Shown here: positions 31,273 to 41,063 of the stretch, in pieces | Layout of the letters: each line of letters starts with the position of its first letter | Numbering within the stretch: the first letter of the stretch is position 1 | Source of the DNA: an uncultured Marinicella sp. | Lineage (GTDB): Bacteria; Pseudomonadota; Gammaproteobacteria; Xanthomonadales; Marinicellaceae | Reading direction: 5' to 3' | Length of the DNA: 64,000 bases | NCBI GenBank assembly: GCA_964631055.1 | Contig: CAZVZJ010000005.1 | Location: 12,472 to 76,471, forward strand | Notes under the pieces: generated by a model | Told to the model about the DNA's origin: nothing | What the model saw: the letters and a program-made list of their open reading frames with translations, nothing else | Databases searched by the model: none | Made by a program: the position numbers and the translations under genes

Positions 31273-31641
31273 ATGAATCTTCCCGCCAATTTTTTTACCT
31301 GTTTTGTGGCCCTCAGCCATGTCGGTATATTAATTTTGGAAATGTTTTTCTGGAACCATCCAGTGGGTCAAAGAATATTTGCCATGAGCCCAGAGGTGGC
31401 CGCATCCTCAGAAGTGTTGGCTATGAATCAAGGCTTATACAATGGCTTTTTAGCAGCCGGTTTGTTTTGGGGGGTGTTGGCCAAGAAAACAGATGTCAAA
31501 ATATTTTTTCTCAGTTGTGTAGTTATCGCCGGTATATTCGGTGGCATCACTGCTAAAACCAGTATTCTGTTCACCCAAGGGCTACCCGCACTTATTGCGT
31601 TAATCTTGGTACTGATGGTTTCTCGGGATAAAGAGTTCTGA
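31273..31641 (+). CDS. DUF1304 membrane protein
   Basis: It has four TM helices and the motif NQGLYNGFLAAGL. An AAAGGAG SD lies upstream. Confidence 0.8.
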   Translation: MNLPANFFTCFVALSHVGILILEMFFWNHPVGQRIFAMSPEVAASSEVLAMNQGLYNGFLAAGLFWGVLAKKTDVKIFFLSCVVIAGIFGGITAKTSILFTQGLPALIALILVLMVSRDKEF

Positions 31642-31773
31642 ATATCCAAGTTCAAAAAAACGACCATTATTCCAGCCGAGCTTTAGCTAGATCAGAAACT
31701 TCGGCTAGATTTGTAGCTGGATGGTAATTTAAACGATTGACAAACCAAGTTTGTTATCTCATTTCTATTGAAT

Positions 31774-31917
31774 GACCAAGCAAGAGCTTGGTAACCAGTA
31801 AAACAATCGCGGCAATATCCAAAGGGCAAACCTTCTTGTAAAGCAAACGTAATTTTAAAAAAAACCTTACAACTCAACTAAGAGGTTGTCGCCTTTGCAC
31901 CTCCTTCGCAATGACCC
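31774..31917. repeat. degenerate REP-like palindromic units (CCAAGC-N-GCTTGGTAA type and ...TCGCAATGAC type)
   Basis: GACCAAGCAAGAGCTTGGTAACC lies at 31774-31796 and GAGGTTGTCGCCTTTGCACCTCCTTCGCAATGACCC at 31882-31917. Both resemble units clustered at 59989-60335 and 62569-62932. Confidence 0.55.
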
Positions 31918-31983
31918 TCTGTTTTTACCCTGGTTCCCCCGCTGGAGCGAGGTAAAGCGATTGCTCGCATTAAAAAAATGACT

Positions 31984-33051
31984 TCAAAAATCCAAATTAA
32001 TCTGTTCAATATCTGCGGCTTTTTGATACTGAATGCCTAAACCTAGCAACCTAACGGGCCTGGACTTTCTGTGCCAAGCAGTCTTAATGAGGTCATGAAA
32101 CACATTAATATTTAGTTTTTGGTGTAATTTTTGGGCTGTGGTACTTTTGAAGTCATTGAATCGAATTTTTACACACAGTGCTTTGATCACGATATTCTGT
32201 TTCTTTTGCGCTTTTTCATGCCGTGCTTTGAGCGAATCAAATAACCGTTTAACTTCCCCTTGACAGACAGCAAGGCTAGGTAAGTCATGAAGAAAAGTAT
32301 CCTCGACACTGACCGACTTGCGCTCACTGTGGGTGCGAACTGGCCTGTCATCAATGCCGCGACACAGGTTATATAGAGTTCGACCAAACACGCCAAAGCG
32401 TTGTTGTAATTGTTTTTGATCTAGCTGTTGTAAGTCAGTACAGGTATTGATGCCCATACCTTGCATCTTTTTGGCGGTGACTTTACCCACGCCATAAATC
32501 TTTTTAACGGGTAAGTCTTTGACGAAATCATCTATCGAATCTGGTGTAACCACAAATTGGCCGTTGGGTTTATTCCAGTCACTGGCGATCTTGGCCAAAA
32601 ACTTATTTGGAGCGATGCCAGCGGAAGCGGTTATTTGGTGCTCATTCCAAATATCCTGCCGAACTTGTTGTGCGATTAAAGTGGCGCTGCCTTGGCAATG
32701 CTCTGATCCAGTCACATCTAAAAACGCCTCGTCCAATGAAAGGGGTTGAATCACATCGGTATAGTTTTTAAATATATTTTTAATACCTTTTGATACTTCT
32801 TGATAGACCGACATGCGCACCGGTTGAATGATCAGGTGCGGACATTTTTTAATGGCTTGTCCCATCGGCATGGCAGAATGTATGCCAAACGCGCGCGCCT
32901 CATAGGAACAAGTCGCCACCACGCCTCGTTTATCCGGCTGTCCACCTACCGCAATGGCTTTGCCTTTAAGTTCCGGAAAATCCCGCGCTTCTATAGCTGC
33001 ATAAAAACAGTCCATATCAACATGGATGATTTTACGCATAGGTTCATTCAT
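31984..33051 (-). CDS. dinB: DNA polymerase IV
   Basis: IIHVDMDCFYAAIE, SLDEAFLDVT and the little-finger region follow the canonical DinB layout. Confidence 0.95.
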   Translation of the reverse strand: MNEPMRKIIHVDMDCFYAAIEARDFPELKGKAIAVGGQPDKRGVVATCSYEARAFGIHSAMPMGQAIKKCPHLIIQPVRMSVYQEVSKGIKNIFKNYTDVIQPLSLDEAFLDVTGSEHCQGSATLIAQQVRQDIWNEHQITASAGIAPNKFLAKIASDWNKPNGQFVVTPDSIDDFVKDLPVKKIYGVGKVTAKKMQGMGINTCTDLQQLDQKQLQQRFGVFGRTLYNLCRGIDDRPVRTHSERKSVSVEDTFLHDLPSLAVCQGEVKRLFDSLKARHEKAQKKQNIVIKALCVKIRFNDFKSTTAQKLHQKLNINVFHDLIKTAWHRKSRPVRLLGLGIQYQKAADIEQINLDF

Positions 33052-33056
33052 TAAAA

Positions 33057-34343
33057 TTATAGTCTTTCGTCAACCCACTCTTCAGGTAACAACCCCTTTA
33101 AATCAAACAGCACACCATCGGGAACCAGGTATTCACGCGGACTGGTTTTAAGAAATTGATCATGGGCCACAGCCAACACCACCAAATCATAAAATTCTTT
33201 GGCCGGCTCTTTAACCAATGGTTGATTAATGGCTGCGGCATCTTGGGGCCCCACCCATGGATCATACACTTCTATTTGCACATGGTATCTTTGGAGCTGT
33301 TCAACAATTTCAACCACTCGTGTGTTACGCAAATCCGGGCAATTTTCCTTAAAAGTTAAACCCATAATCAAGACTTTGGCCGAAACAATGTGTTTGCGGT
33401 GTAAGGCCATCAACTTTAAGATACGTTCACTGACGTAAGTACTCATGTTTTCATTGATGCGACGTGCTGTAGTAATCAGCTGTGGAAAGTACCCTTTTTC
33501 TTGTGACTTGTGGATCAAGTAATAAGGGTCAACACCAATACAATGTCCACCAACTAACCCAGGAGTGAACTTCAAAAAATTCCATTTGGTCGCTGCTGCC
33601 TCGATCACTTCTAATACATCTATATCCATTTCATGAAGCATCATAGACAGTTCATTCATAAAGGCTATATTGATATCCCGCTGAGTGTTTTCAATGGCCT
33701 TGGCAGCCTCGGCCACTTTGATGGAGGGTGCCAGATGCGTTCCAGCTGAAATGATTTTTTCATACAATGCATTGACCCTTCGAGCTGTTGCTTCATTTGA
33801 ACCTGAAACCACTTTAACAATGGATGTGAGGGTGTTGACCTTATCACCTGGATTAATTCTTTCTGGTGAATAACCCAGGTAAAAGCCTTGGTTTAAAATC
33901 AAATTACTTTCTGCGGCCAAAATTTTGGCACAAACCCCTTCGGTTGCTCCAGGATATACCGTAGATTCATAAATCACGGTATCTCCCTCATTAAGGAGTG
34001 AGCCAACCAACTCTGATGCGCTGACCAGTGGTGAAAGATCAGGAGTGTTGTTTTCATCAACTGGTGTAGGTACGGTAATGATGTAGTGGTTTGCTGCTTC
34101 GATGGTTTTTTTATCATCAGTAAACGACAACTGAGTGGCTTGTTGTAACTGTACTGTTGTGACTTCTTGAGTTAAGTCATTATGCTCTTTCAGTTGCTGG
34201 ACTCGCTGACTGTTTATATCATAACCAATCACCGAGTGGTGCTCGGCCATAGCCACGGCCAAAGGTAAGCCGACATAACCCAAACCAATCACTGCTATTT
34301 CAATGGGTTCGTTTTGCTTACTTGTAGGAGTATTTTTATCCAT
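33057..34343 (-). CDS. nucleotide-sugar dehydrogenase (UDP-glucose/GDP-mannose dehydrogenase family, TviB/WbpA-like)
   Basis: It has the Rossmann start IAVIGLGYVGLPLAVA and the catalytic region GGHCIGVDPYY. The start is set at ATG 34343; the ORF opens at TTG 34370. Confidence 0.85.
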   Translation of the reverse strand: MDKNTPTSKQNEPIEIAVIGLGYVGLPLAVAMAEHHSVIGYDINSQRVQQLKEHNDLTQEVTTVQLQQATQLSFTDDKKTIEAANHYIITVPTPVDENNTPDLSPLVSASELVGSLLNEGDTVIYESTVYPGATEGVCAKILAAESNLILNQGFYLGYSPERINPGDKVNTLTSIVKVVSGSNEATARRVNALYEKIISAGTHLAPSIKVAEAAKAIENTQRDINIAFMNELSMMLHEMDIDVLEVIEAAATKWNFLKFTPGLVGGHCIGVDPYYLIHKSQEKGYFPQLITTARRINENMSTYVSERILKLMALHRKHIVSAKVLIMGLTFKENCPDLRNTRVVEIVEQLQRYHVQIEVYDPWVGPQDAAAINQPLVKEPAKEFYDLVVLAVAHDQFLKTSPREYLVPDGVLFDLKGLLPEEWVDERL

Positions 34344-34359
34344 GACTTGTGCCTTTAAT

Positions 34360-35619
34360 TCAGATATCAAACTGGGGTAGTTTTTTAGTCGTTAAAGATT
34401 GTGAAAGCCTGACATAGTGAGGCAACCCATTGTCATTGTAGGGTGGATAAGCCTCTCCCACAATCAATGGTTGCATGTATGTACGGCATTTTTCAGTGAT
34501 ACCAAAACCATCTTCAGTGATGTAATCACGTGGCAACATTTTTTCTACATTGGCCAAGTCTTTAAGTTCAGCGGTCGCAATTTCCCATCGATAAGGTTCA
34601 TCTTGTAAGCGCTTAATCACTGGCATGACTGAATTACGGCCAGCCACTGCTAATTCAATGGCCCTCTCGCCAACCGCATAGGCTTGTTCTAAATCTGTCT
34701 TCGATGCCAAGTGTCTGGCTGAACGTTGCAGATAATCGCTGATGGCATAGTGGTACTTATAGCCCAGGTTATCTTTGACCAATTGTGCAATCACTGCGGC
34801 TACGCCACCCAGTTGTGCGTGGCCAAAAGCGTCAACCGTGCCAGCATCAGCTAAAAATTGACCATCTGGATTCCTGACGCCTTCAGAGACCACCACCGAG
34901 CAGTAACCATGGTTGTCCACTGACCATTTAACCCGCGCTAAAAACGCTTGTTGATCAAAAGGTATTTCAGGGAATAAAATGATTTGCGGTGGTTCATCAT
35001 GATGCTTGCCGGCCAAGCCACCAGCGGCAGCAATCCAACCCGCATGACGACCCATCACTTCCATAATAAATACCTTGGTCGAACTTTCAGCCATTGATTC
35101 AACGTCCAAAGAAGCCTCCATGATAGAAGTAGCTATGTATTTAGCAGTGGTACCAAAACCAGGGCAGGTATCGGTCACGGGTAAATCATTATCAATGGTT
35201 TTGGGCACTCCGATACAGGTTACATCTAAACCACGTGATTTAGCCATTTGTGAGACCTTAAATGCAGTGTCTGATGAATCACCACCACCGTTATAAAGAA
35301 AATAGCCGATGTTATGCGCCTTAAAAACATCAATCAAACGTTCATACTCCGCACGCTGTGCCTCCATGTCTTTCAGTTTATAACGACAAGAACCAAATGC
35401 ACCGCCTGGGGTATGTCGCAAAGCAGCAATCTCAGCATCACTGTGTTGCTCAGTATTAACCAACTCTTCTCTCAATACACCAATGATGCCATTTTTTGCA
35501 CCAAACACTGTTCCCACTTCATCATTTTTTCTGGCCGCTTCTATGACGCCACATGCGGTTGCATTAATGACAGCCGTTACCCCGCCTGACTGACAATAAA
35601 GTGCGTTTTTCTTTGACAT
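34360..35619 (-). CDS. pfp: 6-phosphofructokinase, long ~420-aa form (probably PPi-dependent)
   Basis: It has the PFK fold motifs (QSGGVTAVINA, GGGDS, PKTIDNDL, MGRHAGW). The size and sequence class resemble the PPi-PFKs of methanotrophs and Xanthomonas. The phosphoryl donor cannot be read with certainty. Confidence 0.8.
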   Translation of the reverse strand: MSKKNALYCQSGGVTAVINATACGVIEAARKNDEVGTVFGAKNGIIGVLREELVNTEQHSDAEIAALRHTPGGAFGSCRYKLKDMEAQRAEYERLIDVFKAHNIGYFLYNGGGDSSDTAFKVSQMAKSRGLDVTCIGVPKTIDNDLPVTDTCPGFGTTAKYIATSIMEASLDVESMAESSTKVFIMEVMGRHAGWIAAAGGLAGKHHDEPPQIILFPEIPFDQQAFLARVKWSVDNHGYCSVVVSEGVRNPDGQFLADAGTVDAFGHAQLGGVAAVIAQLVKDNLGYKYHYAISDYLQRSARHLASKTDLEQAYAVGERAIELAVAGRNSVMPVIKRLQDEPYRWEIATAELKDLANVEKMLPRDYITEDGFGITEKCRTYMQPLIVGEAYPPYNDNGLPHYVRLSQSLTTKKLPQFDI

Positions 35620-35849
35620 ATACTTAATCCTGTTTGGTTATTTGCTGGTACGTATTGACTAAAATGCTTTGTAAGTGTACTGTAGCACGTTTTTTAGATC
35701 AAAGACCTGAGGTGACTGTGTCACATGATTTAGGCTGTAAATTTTAACTGAAAACCCAGCCCATTGCATGACCTCTGATTGTCTTATTATGAATCACAAC
35801 GAAATCGATTCTGTGGTTTTTGAAAAACATATTTAACCGAGAATAAAAT

Positions 35850-36413
35850 ATGAGAATAGTATTACTGGGTGCACCAGGTAGTGGTAAAGGAACACAAGCC
35901 AAATTAATGGTTCAACAATTAAATATCCCACATGTTTCTACCGGGGACCTATTCAGAGCAGCCATTGCCGCCAAAACACCACTGGGCTTGGCCGCCAAAG
36001 AGGTGATGGACAAAGGGGACTTGGTTTCTGATGACATCACTTTAGGCATGCTCAAAGAACGCATCACTCAAGATGATGCGACAGCTGGTTTTATTTTGGA
36101 CGGCTTCCCAAGAAACCTGGTTCAAGCTGAGATGCTCGAGGGTTTACTGAAAGAACTGGACATGACCTTAGACCATGCGCTGTTAATTCAAGTTGATCCG
36201 GATGAAGTGGTCGCAAGAATCGCTAAGCGCGCTGAGATTGAAGGCCGTGCTGATGACACTGAAGAGGTGGTCAGAAACCGTTTAAATGTTTACAAAGAAC
36301 AAACAGCGCCCGTGGGTGAGTTCTATAAAAAACAAGACATCGTTACAGAAGTGCTTGGCAAAGGCAGTATCCAAGACGTACAAGAGCGTATACAGGCTGT
36401 TTTGCGTTTTTAA
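35850..36413 (+). CDS. adk: adenylate kinase (short-lid, 187 aa)
   Basis: It has the GAPGSGKGTQ P-loop and a short LID region without the Cys/zinc insert. Confidence 0.95.
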   Translation: MRIVLLGAPGSGKGTQAKLMVQQLNIPHVSTGDLFRAAIAAKTPLGLAAKEVMDKGDLVSDDITLGMLKERITQDDATAGFILDGFPRNLVQAEMLEGLLKELDMTLDHALLIQVDPDEVVARIAKRAEIEGRADDTEEVVRNRLNVYKEQTAPVGEFYKKQDIVTEVLGKGSIQDVQERIQAVLRF

Positions 36414-36529
36414 TACCGAAAATTTGATTGACAGAGAATCTCAAGCAAAAAGTAAGGTTTTTGTCTTAAGAAGTTCAGTACGGTTTATAATGCCTTGCAG
36501 TCTATGGGGTCAGTATCACAGCAAAGAAT

Positions 36530-38527
36530 TCAATATAACGTTTTAAAAATATCAGCGGTCCTACTGTTTAAGTGGCTATAAAACACGCTATCAAGCCCTA
36601 CATCAAATCCATTGTGTCCCAATGCCATTAAACGGGTTGATTGTGAACTTGTTATGTCTGTTTGATATAAAGCCAAACTTTGTTGTTCTTCATGATAATG
36701 ATAGATTGAACCACTGTCCACCTGAAATCCAAAACGTCGGTACAGCATCAGTTTAGTGTTTCCGGCTAATTCTATTTTATGGTTGTTGATATACAGTTGA
36801 TTTTTATGGTCTATAAAAGCTGTGTATTTTGGATCTTTATGATAATTAATATAAGCCCACTTTTGATCGGCTAAGGTTAAGGAAGATGTTAAGATGTTAT
36901 AGTGGTGTACGCGCCATTTTTTGTTTGATTTTTGGCTGAAGGCAATGGTTTTTTCATCCAACCAAGACAAGCCTCTCAATTCTTTTTGCGGAATTTTAAG
37001 CAGTGAAGTTTCGCCTGTATCACTGGCTATTAATTTAATTCCATTAATCATAAGTGCGGCTATGTATTTGTCATTAGGAGACCACTGAAAATCATAGTAC
37101 TTTGCTTGATCAGTAAAATCAGTAATAGGTTGAATATGGCCTGTAACTAAATTGTTACTCCAAACTTGAGATGCACCGGAGCGTCTTGATATAAAGCCCA
37201 ATAATTTTTCATCAGAGGACAACCTTGGTAGTTCATCTGTATCCGATGAGTTGGCTACAGTCACATCAGATTTATGGTTGATGTCATACTTTTTTATATC
37301 AAAATTATTGATTCCACCTGAGTATATATATGTTTTATCACTCTGTACACGAATGGGCTTGCGAACATGGTGGGTACTTTCATAGATGGTTTTGATGTTT
37401 TTTCCTTGTAAATCCATTTGCATTATGCCATTTGAGGGGTGGGCATTCATGGTGACAATTTCGTTACCCGAGTGACTCCATATGGCACAACATAGGTGTT
37501 CATCTTTCTTAAATAAATACTTAATCTCATCTGTGTTTAGATTCAATTGATAAAACGCCAGCCACTGTTGTTCATCAGGAGATGAAATCAATAGTTTATT
37601 TTCATGTGGATGGATATCAAATTCTGCATTGCCTGCAAGAAAAGTAGGTGGTTGGTTAAGCTTCTTCTTATCGGATGTTGTTAAGTCCATACTGAATAAA
37701 AAGTATGGGCTTTTAGTGTCAGACCTTTCTGAATAAATTATGCGGTTACTGTCATGGGTAAATGCAACTTTACCAAAGCTCTTTGGCGGACAGTTGTGTA
37801 CCCTTTGTTGGTTTTTCACCACACCATCTGTGATCTTCAACAACCTGAACTCACACAGTTCTTTGTATGTGTAGATATATATCAACTGATGACCATCAAA
37901 TGACCAGTTACCACTGGTCGCATCACCAATACCATCACTAATTAATATCTGTTGTTCATTACTCAGGTTTTTTAAATATAAATTATATGTTTGATTTTCA
38001 AAAGCAGAATAAATTAAATATTGGCCATCAGGAGATATGGCCGGTTGATATTCACCGCCACCACTGCGAGTTAATGCAACTGCCTTGGTATATTTGTTAT
38101 CTTTAGTTTGAGACAGCCAAGCCAATGAACCAACCAAAGCGAGTATAATTAAAGTAACAAACAAATGTCGATAGTAGGGTCTTAAAAAAGTGGTTTTGTT
38201 AGGTTGGTTTGTGGTCTGAAGACAAACAGTATCAGCAATCAACTTATACCCTTTTTTGGGGTGTGTAACTATAAATTGCCGCAACTTATCTTCGTCACCC
38301 AAAGACTTTCGCAATTTAGCAATTACTTTATTAACAGCGTTTTCAGTGACCAGCTGTCCTTGCCAAACATGTTCTAAAAATTCATCCCGAGAAACTATTT
38401 TTTGAGCATTCTTACATAAGTAAAGGAGTACTTCAGATTGGATGGGCTCTAGTCTAAATACATGAACACCTGCACTGAGTGTTTGTTTGACTGAGTTGAA
38501 ATGCCACTGATTTATCTTCCAAATCAT
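36530..38527 (-). CDS. CadC/ToxR-like membrane transcriptional activator with periplasmic TolB-like beta-propeller
   Basis: An N-terminal OmpR/PhoB-type winged helix (LEPIQSEVLLYLCKNAQKIVSRDEFLEHVW...NAVNKVIAKLRKSL) is followed by one TM helix. WD40-like/TolB-type repeats follow (SPDGQYLIY...). Confidence 0.8.
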   Translation of the reverse strand: MIWKINQWHFNSVKQTLSAGVHVFRLEPIQSEVLLYLCKNAQKIVSRDEFLEHVWQGQLVTENAVNKVIAKLRKSLGDEDKLRQFIVTHPKKGYKLIADTVCLQTTNQPNKTTFLRPYYRHLFVTLIILALVGSLAWLSQTKDNKYTKAVALTRSGGGEYQPAISPDGQYLIYSAFENQTYNLYLKNLSNEQQILISDGIGDATSGNWSFDGHQLIYIYTYKELCEFRLLKITDGVVKNQQRVHNCPPKSFGKVAFTHDSNRIIYSERSDTKSPYFLFSMDLTTSDKKKLNQPPTFLAGNAEFDIHPHENKLLISSPDEQQWLAFYQLNLNTDEIKYLFKKDEHLCCAIWSHSGNEIVTMNAHPSNGIMQMDLQGKNIKTIYESTHHVRKPIRVQSDKTYIYSGGINNFDIKKYDINHKSDVTVANSSDTDELPRLSSDEKLLGFISRRSGASQVWSNNLVTGHIQPITDFTDQAKYYDFQWSPNDKYIAALMINGIKLIASDTGETSLLKIPQKELRGLSWLDEKTIAFSQKSNKKWRVHHYNILTSSLTLADQKWAYINYHKDPKYTAFIDHKNQLYINNHKIELAGNTKLMLYRRFGFQVDSGSIYHYHEEQQSLALYQTDITSSQSTRLMALGHNGFDVGLDSVFYSHLNSRTADIFKTLY

Positions 38528-38667
38528 TGTTAGGTAACAAACTGTGTTTAATCTAAAGGCATTATTAAACACCCGTCATGAAAAGTCATTAAAAATCACG
38601 CCACAGTCACTACTTTCAAAGCCGTTAAAGTTTAACCTTGAGGCTACTTAACAGATAGAAAGTAAAA

Positions 38668-40929
38668 ATGAAAACACATCATACAAAACTGATTTTATTG
38701 ATCGCTTTGATCAGTCAATTACTGCCCACAGCTGAAGGGTTTTCTTTGCCCAAAACCTTATTAGAACAGCCCATTAATTGGTCCAGTGATAGCACCAAAC
38801 TAGCCATACAGAAACTTGCAAGCCAATGGGAAAAAGACACTCTTGATTCAGCCAATAGTGTGCCTTTGTTGTCATTGTTAGATCAACATAATAAAGCCTT
38901 GAATTTGATAAATGAGTATGAGAATAACGAAAGTGGGCTTCGGCCTTTTGTTTATTTGCATTTTAAACTTTACAGCCTCGCCAAGATCAGTCAGCAAAAT
39001 AAAGCAATGAGTTTTGATCAATCTTTCACTCTGGCTTTTAAACAGTTTTCGGCAAGAGTTTCTGATGCTCAACTATATCAAATGAGTAGGCACCTATATT
39101 ACAGCCACAAACAAGGTGTTTCAGACCTGAATTTATTATTAAAAGGGTTACTTAAAAAAACCAAACCAAACCAACAAGAAATTTTGAGGTTAGTTGAGGA
39201 GTATCAACGCTTTAAAGTATATTTGACGATCAGAGAATCATTGAATAAAGGGTTTGAGTTGGAGTTAAACAACCGATACATTATTGATGAAAATGTATTG
39301 ATTAAAACGCCCACAGGTGTCACTTTATCGGCTGTCATTGTAAAAAAGAAAGGCCATAAAACACGCCTACCCACTGCTTTAATGTCGACTATATATACCA
39401 ATACCTTGAGAAATAAATGGACGGCAATTAATGCCGCTAACCATGGTTACATCGGTGTGGTTTCAGACACTCGAGGTAAACGCTTAAGTGATGAAAAAAT
39501 TGAACCCTTTGAACACGATGGCATAGACACTCATCATGTCATTGACTGGATAAGTAAGCAACCTTGGAGTGATGGGCAAGTAGGTATGTACGGTGGTAGC
39601 TATTCGGGTTTTGTACAATGGGCAGCAGCAAAATATCAGCACTCGGCGCTGAAAACAATTGTTCCTTACGTAGCCGCCATACCAGGACAAGGTTTACCGA
39701 TGGAAAACAATGTATTTATTACTGCCAATTATGCTTGGCCATTTTATGTTACCAATAATAAATACCTCGACAATGAACTGTATTACGACAATCAACGGTG
39801 GCGTGAGCTCAGCGAAAAATGGTATCTGAGCGGTCGTTCATATCGAGAGATAGATCAAGTAGATGGTTTAAACAACCCATGGTTACAAAAATGGCTAAAG
39901 CACCCAGCTTATGACGCTTACTGGCAAGCCATGGTTCCATATAAGAAGCAATTTCAAAATATTAAAATCCCGGTTTTAACCGTGACTGGATACTATGATG
40001 ACGGTCAAATATCTGCCATTCAATACTTAAAAGAACATGAAAGCTACAACCCTCAGTCTAATCACTATTTACTCATAGGGCCGTATGACCACTTTGGGGC
40101 ACAAGGGAAGCCAGATAAACATTTGCGTGGTTATGACATTGATTCGGTGGCACAGATTGATATTAATGAGTTAACTTTTGATTGGTTAAACCATGTTATG
40201 AAAGGAGCTGCTAAACCAGCCTTGTTAAAAGGAAAAATAAACTATCAGCTGATGGGAAGTAACCAATGGCTAAATGCACCCTCCCTTAAAGACTTAAACC
40301 AAACTAAAAAACGACTTTTCTTCACTACCAAAAAATACAAAGAACAACTTTTGTTAAGTCCACAACCTGAACAAACGTTGGCAGCAGTTTCGCAAAAAGT
40401 TGATCTAAATGACCGGTTCAAAAGTCACAACCAATACTATCCGTGGCCAATTATCAATGATAAGTTAGAAGTGCCCAATGGGTTGGCATTTATCACTGAT
40501 GCGTTCAATGAAGCTCAAGAATTCAGTGGCATCATCAGTGGAAAAATTGTTATTAAAACCAATAAAAAAGACTTTGACTTTGGCTTGATAGTCTATGAAA
40601 TATTACCTAATGGACAAACATTTCATCTGGGATATTATTTGGGCCGAGCCAGTTATGCCAATGACATGAGCCGCAGACAATTGTTAGAGCCCAATAAGAT
40701 ACAGTCCATACCTTTTGAACGAAGTCGAATGACCAGCAAATTGATCGGAAAGGGCAGTCGTATAGCTCTTCTGGTTAATGTCAATAAGAATGCTGGCGCT
40801 CAAATAAACTATGGAACAGGTAAAGATGTCAGTGACGAAAATATATCTGATGGAGAAGAAGATTTGACCATTCAGTGGTACAACACGAGTTTTATTGACT
40901 TACCCATAAAGCAATGGGTACAAAACTAA
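38668..40929 (+). CDS. secreted CocE/NonD-family (S15 X-Pro dipeptidyl-peptidase-like) hydrolase
   Basis: It has a signal peptide, the nucleophile motif GMYGGSYSG, and a C-terminal jelly-roll region typical of the family. Confidence 0.85.
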   Translation: MKTHHTKLILLIALISQLLPTAEGFSLPKTLLEQPINWSSDSTKLAIQKLASQWEKDTLDSANSVPLLSLLDQHNKALNLINEYENNESGLRPFVYLHFKLYSLAKISQQNKAMSFDQSFTLAFKQFSARVSDAQLYQMSRHLYYSHKQGVSDLNLLLKGLLKKTKPNQQEILRLVEEYQRFKVYLTIRESLNKGFELELNNRYIIDENVLIKTPTGVTLSAVIVKKKGHKTRLPTALMSTIYTNTLRNKWTAINAANHGYIGVVSDTRGKRLSDEKIEPFEHDGIDTHHVIDWISKQPWSDGQVGMYGGSYSGFVQWAAAKYQHSALKTIVPYVAAIPGQGLPMENNVFITANYAWPFYVTNNKYLDNELYYDNQRWRELSEKWYLSGRSYREIDQVDGLNNPWLQKWLKHPAYDAYWQAMVPYKKQFQNIKIPVLTVTGYYDDGQISAIQYLKEHESYNPQSNHYLLIGPYDHFGAQGKPDKHLRGYDIDSVAQIDINELTFDWLNHVMKGAAKPALLKGKINYQLMGSNQWLNAPSLKDLNQTKKRLFFTTKKYKEQLLLSPQPEQTLAAVSQKVDLNDRFKSHNQYYPWPIINDKLEVPNGLAFITDAFNEAQEFSGIISGKIVIKTNKKDFDFGLIVYEILPNGQTFHLGYYLGRASYANDMSRRQLLEPNKIQSIPFERSRMTSKLIGKGSRIALLVNVNKNAGAQINYGTGKDVSDENISDGEEDLTIQWYNTSFIDLPIKQWVQN

Positions 40930-41000
40930 ACCTCTAAACAGAATCAGGCCAAATAAACTGGCTTACTGAGCTGTCATATTTTCAATGCTGTTTAAACAAA

Positions 41001-41035
41001 CGAAGCCCTTGAAACTTTCCAAGGGCTTCGTTTTT
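41001..41035. terminator. bidirectional rho-independent terminator between the CocE-like and tusA-like genes
   Basis: An 11-bp stem with an 8-nt loop (CGAAGCCCTTG-AAACTTTC-CAAGGGCTTCG) is followed by TTTTT on plus and TTTGTTT on minus. The flanking genes are convergent. Confidence 0.8.
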
Positions 41036-41063
41036 CTGGCCAAAGCAGGTAAATCATCAACAA

